DNA of 62,911 nucleotides, the filler included, from Octopus bimaculoides (lineage: Eukaryota), in the NCBI RefSeq assembly GCF_001194135.2. It is 4 parts of 4 records of this genome, joined end to end, with 100 filler letters (N's around TTAATTAATTAA, not from the genome) between each part and the next. Parts side by side here need not be neighbours in the genome. Positions count along the whole stretch, not along the records: positions 1 to 30,095 come from NC_068984.1; 3 more parts are not named here. One strand, written 5' to 3'. A program made the position numbers and the translations under genes. This document shows positions 1-12,539 of this stretch, piece after piece. The notes beneath the pieces were generated by a model. It made no database searches, was not told the DNA's origin, and saw only the letters and a program-made list of their open reading frames with translations. Numbering within the stretch: the stretch's first letter is position 1; every line of letters begins with the position of its first letter.

Positions 1-1636
1 TTTTTGTCCGCCACTACATTCCTCCATGGCTAGATTTAATTTGCGTATACAAATTTAATCTGCGATCCATGGGACGAGCCGTTTTAACGATGCGTCCTGC
101 CCGAAGCTCGTCGAAACGCCGGTGTTAAAACGTGGGTAGCTGATGAAGTAGAACGTTCTCTATGTGGCTCGTGTGTTCTCGTCTACGTTTGTTTGCAATG
201 TCCTGTACCCAGATATGCACCTATACATACAGGTGGATGTCGGTATGCACATACCTGTACGTATATATGCATATACTCATTTACTTTTGTTTTTACATGT
301 ACATATATATGCATATACTCATATATTGGCCGCAGTCAAATGACAAACAAGCAAAAGAATAAAAAATACATACATACATGCGCGCGCGCACATGTATACA
401 ATGTTTCAAATTCATTATGAAGCCGTAATCTTGTCTTTTTTTAAAAGATATTTGTTCAATATTGAGTTACAGACATTCCCTATTAGAAAGAAACGCATCG
501 AACCAATGATTGGCCGATTGGAAACTTGTAACTGACTAAGCTATCGTTCATCAGTGTGGACTAAAATGAATAAGTGCTACTTTAATTCAACATAATAGGC
601 CATGCTAGAAACTGACTCACTAAAGAGAAAAATACTACCGACAGAAAGTTGTAAAGAAAGCAAAGCCAAGATGATAATAGTGAGTAAAGCGAGCAGTGCT
701 GCCTAAACAAAGACTACTGCTGCTGCTTAACACTTTATTTAGAATAGGTCAAATATGATTGACTCGTTGAAGGAAGTTAGAAAATATAACAATCGACAGA
801 ATGTTTCGTATATATATTTATTTATTTATTTATTTTTAACATTGAAAGAAAAAACGTAATATGTTACCTACCTACCTATCTAAACAAAGAAAGCGACGGC
901 GAGAGTTTCTAATGTGAGAAGGCATTGACAACCTCTATCACTTTTTACGTGGTATGATTACATAAACATTTAACTAAAATTTTTCTAACGTAATCTTTAT
1001 GTCCGGCTATGTTAATTTGAATATATAATTCCGTTCTTTTCTCTCTGCCCGTCACTCCTGCTTTCTCTCGACAACGTGATTTGCCTAGTGTAGATAAGTA
1101 GTGTTTTACTGTACTACTTACAGTGTTAGCTAAATTATTCTTTTAGTGACGTAGGCTGGTATATCTGAGCAATATCCCGTCGGCTCGCTCCTAGAAAACG
1201 TTGCTCATGTTTGTTCTATTTGTTCGATTGACCTGCTAGAAATAGTGAACACATTTTTCCCAAATCACACACCTAACTGTCTAAATTAAGGAATGAAAAT
1301 AAATCTGTAATAAAATAAAATAAAATAAGTGTGATTACGGCTAGAATACTTCTAATTATAAGACTACTCAATTGGAAAAGACCTGGGGCTAAAAAAAAGC
1401 AGCAACAACAACGTCAAAGAGAATCTGTAAAGAATAGATATACAACCTTCCAAACATACAGTTTGAAATACCTTCAGGCTGTTCTAGTTTGAAAATTAGA
1501 TTACTGAAACTTGTATTTCTCTTCTTTTCCTCATCGACCTTTACCTTGATAAAGGGCGAACTAACCGAAAAGTTGATAATTCTTCGCTTCCCTTCACAGC
1601 TTGAAATATTGATTTTTGTTTTTCTTTATGACCTTT

Positions 1637-1994
1637 ATCTTTTACTTGTTTCCGTCACTGGACAGCAGCCATGCTGGGGCACCGCCTTGAAGGGATTAGT
1701 CGAACGAATCGACCCCAGTATTTATTTTCTAAACCCGATACTTATTCAATCTTATCTTTTTGCCGAACCGCTAAGTTACAAGGAATGCTAACAAATCAAC
1801 ACCAGTTGTCAAGAGGCGGAGGAGACAAACGCACAAGTATAGATATGTATACGAATGACTTCTTTCAGTTTCTGTCTACCAAATCCACTACAATGCTTTG
1901 GTCTGCCCGGGGCTATAGTAGAAGATACTTTCCCAAGATTTCACTCAGTGCCACTGAATCCAAAACCACATAGTCGCGAAACAAGCCACACCAT
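1637..1994 (-). mobile_element. tRNA-derived SINE, family A (diverged copy)
   Basis: Collinear with the 40511-40922 copy (ccatgctggggcaccgcc, gccgaaccgctaagttac, tctaccaaatccact, ctatagtagaaga). Confidence 0.85.
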
Positions 1995-2226
1995 GTTTGA
2001 TTTGGTTTTAAAAATTTGACTTTTGTTTTTACTCGTAATTTTCTGTCTGAATATGTATTTACTTATGTATGCGCATAAATATAAATGCATGTGTGTGTAT
2101 GTGTTAGTGTGTGCGTGTGTGTGTACATTATTCACACATAGTGTAAAAGTACACATTCTTTCCTATAAGCGTTATCTCGCGCAAATTGTATTTATTTTGT
2201 TACCAAGTTGAAAAGCATCCCTTAGT

Positions 2227-2260
<34 letters not shown>

Positions 2261-2261
<1 letters not shown>

Positions 2262-3233
2262 TAGCAGAGATACCCGACGTTGCTCGGGATTAAAATGGCA
2301 TTGTTTATGTATAATATATTACAGTTATGTTGAAACTGGTGATATGGGAAAGTGCAACATTGGCAACAAAATATTTGTGGAGTAAATGCTGGGCTAATTC
2401 GACTAAGCAACATGCTATGTGTCCGTTTGGAGTATTTCAGGCCCTAACCTGTCATGGAAAATTGGAGGTGGGGGTTATGTGATTTTTGAACACACTGAAA
2501 AGCTGTCAGTGGATATACTCTCTTTTGCAGCAGTCAGCACTGTGTCTAACACGACCCACCACCTGAAATTTTAACACCTCCTTCGGGTTTGTTGTCCTAC
2601 ATAACTCATGAAGTAAATTTGGAGGAATTGTGGTTGTTCATTTGTGGGTAACAGGGAACCAATGAAGTAATAGGCTTGCCCTTGAACTTTGACGTCGGCG
2701 TAAATTCATCTTTATTTATCTTCTTAGATGCACCAAACGATGTCATTTGAAATGCAGAGTTGTATTGTCTTATATTGTTCAGAAAGTCCTTTAACTCGAT
2801 GGAAGTGCCTTCTGGAAGATCCATAAGAGGTTGAGAAGGAGCTGGTAGTGCTGGCAACGTTACCTAACCGCCTGAGCAGCACATACCATTTGTTTTATTT
2901 GAAAATTTTAAAGCTCTACAAAAAACGACATTTTGTGTTTAGTACACCAATTTGGACAGAGTTATTATCTTTATAAGAACGAGATGGATTATATCTGAAA
3001 ACAGCTTCAGGGGTTGTGAAGAACGAAATTGTACGTAGTCTTTTTCAGAGAGCTATTCTACTGGACCTCTATCTAATCATTAAAACATTGATTTAATGAT
3101 CCAGCATTAAGTGCTGCAACATGCATTTGCTGATCTTGAGAAAATCTCATCTCTCTTCAGACACTCGCCTTCAGTTGTCTACAATCCTCTTTGCTTTATA
3201 CTTGTTTTTGGAGAGATTACGTCTTTTCTGTGT
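2261..3233 (-). mobile_element. Internally deleted (non-autonomous) Helitron; 5' boundary not resolved
   Basis: Minus-strand 3' terminus: hairpin CCCGA-gcaacg-TCGGG (2273-2288) followed by CTAG|T (2261-2264). A decayed Rep/Hel N-terminus at about 2600-3233 reads FRYNP..IG..KCRFC..GMCC..LPALPAPSQPL..FLNNIRQYNSAFQMTSFGA..PT(F)KVQGQ. Confidence 0.85.
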
Positions 3234-3745
3234 TTCTCCCGCTCATTCCGTAAAAATCTATTTGAAGAGAGCAGAAATTGAAAGAAGAGAAATCGAAAAG
3301 GACAGAGAAAGAAAGTGAAAGATACATGTACGTCTATATGAAATGGACGCGTGTGTGTGAGAGAGAAAGAGAGTGAAAAAGAGAGATAGAGTGAGTGAGT
3401 GAAGGTGTGTATCGTGAGGATTGATGTCTTTTAAAGTACACAAACATATAGAAAACGTGACGTCATCACATAAAATGTTTACAATAGTTGATTTATGGAA
3501 AAGATTATAATGCTAAATTCTTGAAATGCAAATATGTGAATGGAAATTATGTTTAATTTGTAGTCGAATTAGTACTGAATCTTTTGATATCACATACGTC
3601 AAAATCTGTAACTCAGTTTTGGAATGCATAAGGAACATATATATATTTATATATATATAGGGATCAGCAGGAGTTGCTTCACCAACATACTGAAAATTTA
3701 GAAATAGCAGTTAAAACTACTAATTCTAACTACAATTTATTCTCC

Positions 3746-3805
3746 AATGCTGCTGATGAGTGAAACGAATTTTTATATTCTAATCACGAAACGTCGTACA
3801 TGATT
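3746..3805 (+). ncRNA. Candidate solitary type I hammerhead ribozyme (imperfect stem I)
   Basis: CTGATGA (3753-3759), stem II GTGA..GAAT/ATTC..TCAC, GAAA (3788-3791), then CGTCGT-A. Stem I pairs at only 5 of 7 positions. Confidence 0.35.
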
Positions 3806-4880
3806 AACTAACAGCAGGTTTGTTTTCGTTTATTTCTCTTCTGTTGTTCTATGTGAGCCATAAATATCGCTATCCGTTGGAGAATAANNNNNNNNNNNNN
3901 NNNNNNNNNNNNNNNNNNNNNNNNNNNNNNNNNNNNNNNNNNNNNNNNNNNNNNNNNNNNNNNNNNNNNNNNNNNNNNNNNNNNNNNNNNNNNNNNNNNN
4001 NNNNNNNNNNNNNNNNNNNNNNNNNNNNNNNNNNNNNNNNNNNNNNNNNNNNNNNNNNNNNNNNNNNNNNNNNNNNNNNNNNNNNNNNNNNNNNNTATAT
4101 ATACAGGATAGACGTCTTTCAAACTGAAAGTATTATCTCACATTACAACAGAGACGTAATACTGAAATAGTGTAAGAGATAAAAGATTGCTCTTTGCTTG
4201 CATTAGGCAAGAAGTTGGAAATTTATTTGGCCCATGACACTGCATGGACCTTGGCTTTTGTATTTGACGACTGTTGCTTTAAGTATTTTATTTCGATTTT
4301 ATGTATATATGTATGTATGAGCCAATGAGGGAGACCTCTCCATGTTAGCTTGACCTGGTAGAAATAGCAATCAAATCTCCATCAAAACACCCTACTGTCT
4401 TAATCCGACAATTCTGCCTATTATGTAGTTTGAATGAGAAACTGTAACTAAATATTAAGATTATTAATCCCAAACTTGGTTGGTGTTAAGTAGTGGATAT
4501 GTTTGGTGATTGCATGTGGTGGTTACTTTTGACTGTTTCTTCTCAATAAGGATAACAGATTAATAACGAATCTTAACACAATATATGTACAACTTCAAGT
4601 AGAATCGGACATCATAAGGGAGACAGAGAGAGGAAAGAAGATAGACAGCATAGCGACGGTTTTGGCTGACTGTCATTCTGTATTCCCCCTTGTTGCTAGC
4701 GAAATAGTATGCGTCGGCTGTCTGAGCAAAAACGTTGCTTTTAATGGCGGAACAACCAGGACAAAAAGATTACAAAAATAGAGATTCTCACTTTGACACT
4801 AACAATTTTGAAAATCTATTTAGATTACGGAACGCACCGCTCTCTCATGTATCCATGCTTAAAATTTCAGCTCGATCGGA

Positions 4881-5456
4881 TGAGTTCAATACGCAAACAA
4901 CGAGAGAAACAAATGAAAAACAGGACAAGTAACATAAAGAACGACCATTCTTCAGTTGTCGGCTGTCTATCTGCACCCCGTTTCGAGCATTGAACGACAA
5001 TATGAGTCTTCGAAGACAGTTGCTCCCATACATACCAAAATAAAATTTGGAACTTATGGAGGGTCAAAGTTGGGAACAAAAACAGGACAGTGGAGACATA
5101 CAAGGAAACCGAACGAAAACAAACATGGAGGGTCATTAGACCAGAACGAGGGTAAAATTGCGAACGCTGGAGAAACACTTTCTTTGACAAGAGAAGAAAT
5201 AAAAGAGAGAGAGAGAGAGATAGGATACATGCTGTCCTTACGACAATCGTGAAAGAAAGGAAAGATGATCGCGTGAGGTAGAGAAAGATGGACGATGGTC
5301 ACGTGTGAGCAACGAGGGAGAGAGACAGATAGAAAACGGTGAAGGGGAGGGAAAAGGGAATTAGGGAAAGGATGAAAGAGAAAACAGTATAGAGTAGAGT
5401 TGCATCAAAAAGATACAGATAAACTTACTTGGAAATGGATGCGTGGTGTTCAACCA

Positions 5457-5491
<35 letters not shown>

Positions 5492-5771
5492 NNNNNNNNN
5501 NNNNNNNNNNNNNNNNNNNNNNNNNNNNNNNNNNNNNNNNNNNNNNNNNNNNNNNNNNNNNNNNNNNNNNNNNNNNNNNNNNNNNNNNNNNNNNNNNNNN
5601 NNNNNNNNNNNNNNNNNNNNNNNNNNNNNNNNNNNNNNNNNNNNNNNNNNNNNNNNNNNNNNNNNNNNNNNNNNNNNNNNNNNNNNNNNNNNNNNNNNNN
5701 NNNNNNNNNNNNNNNNNNNNNNNNNNNNNNNNNNNNNNNNNNNNNNNNNNNNNNNNNATATATCAACATAC

Positions 5772-5819
<48 letters not shown>

Positions 5820-5839
5820 GCATACATGTGTGTGTGTAT

Positions 5840-5870
<31 letters not shown>

Positions 5871-6026
5871 AACACACACACATGCATATATGGGCACAGG
5901 ACGTCACCAAACAGTAAATAAGATGAAATACGAAAGCAAATGAGTTGAATACGCAAATAACGAGAGAAACAATTGGAAAACAGGACAAGTAACATAAAGA
6001 AGGACCCTTCATCAGTTGTCGGCTGT
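4881..6026 (-). repeat. Two 86-bp copies (4881-4966, 5941-6026) of an unclassified interspersed repeat, related to 130-250 on the opposite strand
   Basis: Shared cgagagaaacaa..aaaacaggacaagtaacataaaga..cagttgtcggctgt, with roughly 85-90% identity by eye. Confidence 0.7.
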
Positions 6027-6384
6027 ATTGCTTTCCGTTATCTTGACAACACGTTTTTATTTTTCCGTTCGGGGTAGAGATTTTTTCTGTTATGGTTTTT
6101 GTCGCCAATTTTTTTTTCTCTCTCCTTGTTCCTCTATTGTGCCACTCGTGTATGCTCAAGCAACTAACATTGCCGATACCACCAGATTGTCGGATGTTGT
6201 CGAAATTGTGATATTTTTCGCCAACCGATGTACGATAATCAATGTAAGCGTTCGTTCGTTTGTATGTTTTTGTTTTCGTCTTTCATGTAAAGTTTTTGTC
6301 ATCCCCTTTTCGTATATATATTTGCGTGTTTGTGTCTAGGTATGTATGTGTGTGTGTGTGTGTGTGCGCGCGCGCGCGCGCGTG

Positions 6385-6590
6385 TGTTTCTTTGTGTTTG
6401 TATTTGTTCTTCACCACTGCTTGACAATCAGTGTTTGTTTACGTCCCCCGTAAGTTAGCGGTTCGGATAAAAGAAACTGATAAAATAAGACCCAGGATCG
6501 ATTTGTTTGATTAAACCCTTTAAGGCGGTGCCCCAGCATGGCCACAGTCCAATGACTGAAGCAAATAAAAGATAATAACTAAGTAAAAAT
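6385..6590 (+). mobile_element. SINE family A, 3' half
   Basis: tttacgtcccc..ttagcggttcgg..aaggcggtgccccagcatggcc..tail matches family A. Confidence 0.8.
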
Positions 6591-6593
6591 TTA

Positions 6594-7072
6594 AGTGGCT
6601 GTGTGGTAAGTAGCTTGCTCACCAACCACATGGCTNNNNNNNNNNNNNNNNNNNNNNNNNNNNNNNNNNNNNNNNNNNNNNNNNNNNNNNNNNNNNNNNN
6701 NNNNNNNNNNNNNNNNNNNNNNNNNNNNNNNNNNNNNNNNNNNNNNNNNNNNNNNNNNNNNNNNNNNNNNNNNNNNNNNNNNNNNNNNNNNNNNNNNNNN
6801 NNNNNNNNNNNNNNNNNNNNNNNTGTGTGTGTATGTGTGTGTGCGTGTGTGTGTGTGTGTTTGTGTGTCTGTGTTTGTCCCACCAACATCGCTTGAAAAC
6901 CGATGGTGGTATGTTTACGTCCCCGTAACTTAGCGGTTCGGCAAAACAGACCGATAGAATAAGTACTAGGCTTACAAAGAATAAGTCCTGGTGTCGATTT
7001 GCTCGACTAAAGGCGGTGCTCCAGCATGGCCGCAGTCAAATGACTGAAACAAGTAAAAGAGAAAAGAGAAAA
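6594..7072 (+). mobile_element. SINE family A, full length with internal N gap
   Basis: The head gtggctgtgtggtaagtagcttgc (A-box-like) precedes the gap. The 3' half after the gap is nearly identical to the 40511-40922 copy and ends in an (AAAAGA)-type tail. Confidence 0.88.
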
Positions 7073-7304
7073 ACTGAGTATTAGAAGTATTGAAATTAAT
7101 CAAAATTAGAAACAAAATTTTGCTTAAAAAGTGAAATAAACTGTAGTTTTCAGTGTAGAACGGGAGTTTCTGCAGTCCCTAAATTTTATATCAGGCCATA
7201 AACGAGCGATTGTTTAAAATAAAATTTGCTATCGGAATGCTGAAATCTTGAATTTAGAGAGAATATAAACAAATGAATACATTTTATTATTTCTTTAATA
7301 CCTA

Positions 7305-7476
7305 GGCAGTGAACTGGCAGAATCGTTACTGCGTCGGGCAAAATGCTTAGCAGTATTTCGTCCAACTTTACGTTCTGAATTCAAATTTCGCCGAGGTCCA
7401 CTTGAGTACTGGGGGCCAATGTAATCAGCTTACACCCTCCAGAAATTGCTGGCCTTGTGCCAACATTTGAAACAAA
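7305..7476 (+). mobile_element. tRNA-derived SINE, family B, with 17-bp target-site duplication
   Basis: TSD tatttctttaataccta at 7288-7304 and 7477-7493. Head ggcagtgaactggcagaatcg..gttctgaattcaaatt; tail ggccttgtgcc..tttgaaac. Confidence 0.88.
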
Positions 7477-7637
7477 TATTTCTTTAATACCTATTGACAT
7501 CGAAAAAATCCTTGCGACCAAAAGGTATGCTCATTTTAACTGCTTCATATAGATATGGTAACCAAAACCCCTTCAAAGAACACGTTCTTAATTTTAAAAA
7601 ATACGAACTTCCTGGGTAATATTGATCATAGATAATG

Positions 7638-7765
7638 GTTTCAAATTTTGGCACAGGGCCAACAGTTCTTGAGAGGAAGGTGAAGTACTTGATTGGTACT
7701 TTTTTTATCAACCCCGAAAGGATGAAGGGCAATATCAACCTCGGCGGAATTCGAGCTCAGAACGA
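7638..7765 (-). mobile_element. SINE family B fragment (further partial copies near 8372-8500, 14770-14950, 25355-25500, 37300-37460)
   Basis: Reverse complement gives gttctgagctcgaattccgccgagg..ttcatcctttcgggg..ggccctgtgccaaaatttgaaacc. Confidence 0.75.
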
Positions 7766-9831
7766 ACGTGATCATAGATGATGAAAGCAGGATAAAGGGG
7801 AATCATAATAAGATGGGAATGCTTTGACTATAGTTGTGTTTGATCGGAGACGAAAGAGCAAATACAAATACCAGCAACTACGATTAGACTTTACTCAATG
7901 TAATGAAATAATGAATATAGTGAAAAACGAAATAGTAACTGTAAAACATTTAATGAGATATATTTAACTTTTCCTGAAATCCATTGCTCTGCTACACTTC
8001 TGCAATAATATACAACAAAAATATGAATACTTATACATTCCAAAATAGCCATTAAAATATTTTGGTCATAAAATTAATGTAGTTCAGAAACGGTAGTGGT
8101 ATGAACAAAATACTTTATGATGTTTAGTTATGGATTCTTCCGGATTTCATTTTAAATACAGTACCAGTCAAGTTTGGATGAGATTGTGGTAATGGTAGGT
8201 CTTGATGGAGTTGTAGGAGTGTTGTCGTGACTTACGATATGCTTTCTTCGTCTTAAACGTGATGGAGTCCATTCCTTTCCATATCTGTACACGACCGATA
8301 GGTTTCAAAAAGAAAAGGAACGAGAAGAAAGGAGAAAGAGACAAAGAAGGAGAGGAGAATCGACGTCACTACTTTATTTATCGACTCCACAAGGATGAAA
8401 GGCAAAATTGATCTCGTCAGTATTTGAACTCAGAGCAAAAAGAGTCAGAATGAATACTGCAAGGCATTTTTATCCTACGCTTTAACGACTGTGTCAGATT
8501 GCTTGCTCCCTCACCAGTCAAGTACTGGGGTCGATATAATCGACTATTTCCCTACTTAAAATTGGAAGCCTTACGGCTGTGTTAGGGATCAATATTATAA
8601 AACTAAGCTGTCACACGATGCAAAACTTTTATTTCGACGAAAGTAACACGATACTTCGAGTTAAAACAATACTGTGTCGTTCGAGACGTTAGGATAAGGT
8701 TTTAAGATTTCACTGCTAAATTTAGCTGGCCGAGTGACAACATTGTGGTTCCTACTAATTTTTATGTTGTCGATAAGAATAATAAGAAAATACTAGAGTT
8801 TATTCTTTGACCTATATATCCTAGCTAGTTACACGACTGTCTTCGTTGGCTCATGTTAAAACATATAAGAAATAACTGGAAGAACTTAGCGCTGTACATA
8901 AATAGATCGGATTGAACGTGCTTTTGCTACGACTCAAATTCGTTGAACAAATAAATAAACCAGTTTGTTTCTATACGTACAGATGTCACAGCAACTGAAA
9001 CAATCTTGTTATGTTATACTATATCAATAATTTTCTTTGATATTGAACAGTCGTATAGTTCGAACACTTATTTTAAACCGTAGTTACAGACGACAAACTG
9101 CCAGAACGGTTCAGTAATAACATTTTAAAATTAATCTCATCTCCAGACATATTGCTTCAAAAATGTATCCATTTCCCAAAGTAAAATGGCGATAAACAGA
9201 AAATTAGAGATAGGGTTATTGATTATTGGTATTGAACAAATGGATATATTTGGATCTTTAATAGTAAAACACGAAATAGATTTCTGTGGATATAATTAGA
9301 AATATTGATTGTTTTTTTCATTTGTTTTGTTTATTTTTTTCTTCTTCTGTCTCTATCAATTTCACTCAGTTATAAATGAAATAAGTGAACGGAAGGATTT
9401 TAACCTAGATGCTATTAGTATATTACTTGTAATTAAATATGCTTGACATACAGGCAGTTACAAACAGAAAGAGGAAATCTTTCACGTTGGTAGAAAATAC
9501 GTGCATCAATACTGACAAAAACGTCTTGTGGTATTTTCATAAATCTAAGCAGTTCTCATTTTATGTATTTTCAGAAACTGCACTATTGAATTATTCCCTT
9601 AGAAGGCGGATTGTTTCTAACTTTAAAAAGGCTCATATATTTTTATTGCATCTATTAAAGTAGCACGAAGGCTTATGCTAAGCTTATCCTTATATTAATT
9701 ATTGATGCAGTTATTGTATGTTAGTTTTCCATTAAGGCATTTTTATGTCTTCATTTACCGAAAGGAAGAGATACACTTGAGTATACGCGCGCGCGCACAC
9801 ACACACACACACGCACACACACACTCACACT

Positions 9832-9894
<63 letters not shown>

Positions 9895-10268
9895 NNNNNN
9901 NNNNNNNNNNNNNNNNNNNNNNNNNNNNNNNNNNNNNNNNNNNNNNNNNNNNNNNNNNNNNNNNNNNNNNNNNNNNNNNNNNNNNNNNNNNNNNNNNNNN
10001 NNNNNNNNNNNNNNNNNNNNNNNNNNNNNNNNNNNNNNNNNNNNNNNNNNNNNNNNNNNNNNNNNNNNNNNNNNNNNNNNNACTGTCTTGGTTGGCTCCA
10101 AAGTTGCTAGATTGGACTACAAGCAACGGATTATGCTACTCTTCATGACTGCACGTTGCCATATTTGTTTTCATGATATAGATTTAGGCCACAAGCTACT
10201 TTGCATTGAATATCGTTTTAAAATGTCGAATAAATACATTAGAACTGACCTACAAAGAATCCTTTTAT

Positions 10269-10310
<42 letters not shown>

Positions 10311-10363
10311 ACGACGAATTCACACTTATTTACATTTGACGGAAATTTGTCATCTTGTTTGTT

Positions 10364-10409
10364 AACACAACGTTTCGGCTGATATACCCTCCAGCCTTCA
10401 TCAGGTGTC
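10364..10409 (-). ncRNA. Minimal type I hammerhead ribozyme in the Penelope-like terminal repeat
   Basis: Minus strand GACAC-CTGATGA-A-GGCTG-gagggtatat-CAGCC-GAAA-CGT-T-GTGTT: full catalytic core, 5-bp stems I and II, palindromic ACGT stem III. Minimal hammerheads are an established feature of Penelope-like termini. Confidence 0.75.
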
Positions 10410-12370
10410 TTGGGGAAATTTCAAACCTGGGTTCTCAGTCCTAAAGTATTTTTTCGATGTTGTTATTATTATTCAGGTCACTTGGGGTTAGTAGTGCGCA
10501 CTCTTAACCACTACGCCATGTGCCTGTGGGCAATTATGGAGTGAATTTTTAGGGCTTATAAATCTAATATCTCCTATCCTTCTTTAATACCGGTTCCCAT
10601 ATGCTATTCATATCTGCATTCGATCTGCTTAGAAGGTTGTTGTGTCCTAGCATATGTGCTGCTGCTTTTAGTTTTCGTATTTTCCAGTGGTGTTCTCTAT
10701 TATTTTAACTTCATCCCACAAGGGGAAGTGGTCTCCATTTTTCCATACATGATCAGCTATACCCGATTTATCAATATCTCCCCGTGTCAAAGCTTTGCGA
10801 TGTTCCTCTACCCTTATTTGTGAGGGGGGGGGGCATGTTTCGCCTTTGTATAACCTACCACAGCTGCATGGGATGGAGTACACGCAGTTCTGGGTCATAT
10901 TCTCTACTATTGGTGATTTTACTCGAAGGAGATATTTGCGAAGTGTTGTATTGCTTTTGAATACTGTCCTGATGTCATATGGGCCGCATATCTTTTGTAT
11001 CTTTTCGGAGAGGCCTTTCACATAGGGTAGACAGACTGTGGACAGTTTATCGGTTTCATCCTCTCTTTTCTTCAGAACTGGAGTGGAGAGTATGCTTTTA
11101 GGATAGTTGTTGCTTAATAGATTGTTACTGAGCTTGATCATTTCTTTGTGGTGGGTATTACGATCGCTACTTATATTCATTGCTCGATGTTTTAGGCACT
11201 GAGCAATCCCTCTCTTTACACTGTATGGATGGTGGGAATTGAAGTTGAGGTATCGTCCATTGAAGGTCGGCTTGCGATATACAGATGTCCTGAATCCATA
11301 CTTGGTGCGTGTTATTAATACGTTCAGGAATGCTAGTTGATTGTCTTTTTCTTTTTTCATTGTGAACTGTATGGATGGCTTTATTGAGTTCACATGATCT
11401 AACAGCACTTGGAAATCTTCCTGGTGGGGCCAGAGTATGAAGGTGTCATCAACATATCGAAGCCATAGAGTTGGTTTTAGTGGTGTTGATTCTAAAGCCA
11501 AATTCTCAGAGTATTCCATGTATATATTGGCTTTTATCGGTGATAATGGCGAACCCATAGCTAAACCCTCTTCTTGTCGATATATATCAGTGTCCATACT
11601 GAAGTAGGTAGTTTCAACACAGAAGGTCAACATTTCCATCAAGTTTCTTATTGGTATACTAGTGCGTTCTTCTAGATAGGTATCTATCACTAGTTTTTCT
11701 TGAATCACCGATAGTGCTTCACCAGTTGGGACTTTGGTGAACAGACTTATCACATCTAGACTCACCATCAGGTTGGATTCTGATCTAGGGTATCCTTGAT
11801 CAATTCTGTGAAGTGGGTGGAATTCTTCACATACGATGTTGACTTTCCTGCTAATGGACTGATTATATCCACAAGGAAGCGGCTCAGTGGATGACATGCT
11901 GAACCTCTACAACTGACTATAGGTCTTAATGGAATACCATCCTTGTGAATCTTAGGAAGACCGTACGTGTGTGGTGGTTTACTGTAGTGTTCGAAATTTC
12001 CCCAAGACACCTGATGAAGGCTGGAAACGTATTAACAACAAACAAGGTGAGGATATATATCCATCAAATGTAAATAATGTAAATAATGTACATAATTCCT
12101 CATCTTTTAAATATAGAACTGCATCTAATCGGTGCAAAACCGACATTAGACTTCTATAGAGACATATAGAGAAACTCCATCAAAAACTAGCTCGTCTTTC
12201 AAGCCATCTAATTTTTCTGTGTAGATGTAGAGACTCAAAGCCAATACCACCTGGCTTGAATATAATGACACCAGTGGATTCATATAAAGCTAGAAGAGTA
12301 GCGGAAAGGGCAAGACATGCTATCGTCCGTGAGAGGATCCATTACAACTGTTGGAAAAAAACATCAATTC

Positions 12371-12435
12371 ACGTAGTGATCAAGAGCGCGGGCTACAAAC
12401 CCTAAGATTCCGAGTTCGATTCCAGGTAGTGACCT
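12371..12435 (+). promoter_or_regulatory. tRNA-like Pol III promoter within the Penelope-like terminal repeat
   Basis: B box GAGTTCGATTCC at 12412-12423. The A box TGGCGTAGTGG is intact in the sister copy (10508-10518, -), which has lost the B box by a deletion between AG microhomologies. Confidence 0.65.
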
Positions 12436-12539
12436 GAATAATAATAATAATAATAATAATGATAATAATAATAATAATAATAACAACAACATCGAAAAAA
12501 TACCTTAGGAATGAGAACCCAGGTTCGAAATTTCCCCAA

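Noticed and set aside
4940-6040. GAAA followed 20-30 nt later by CTGANGA on the minus strand (also 113-146 on +) as type II hammerheads
   Set aside because: The sequence after CTGANGA does not pair with the sequence before GAAA, so no stem II can form.
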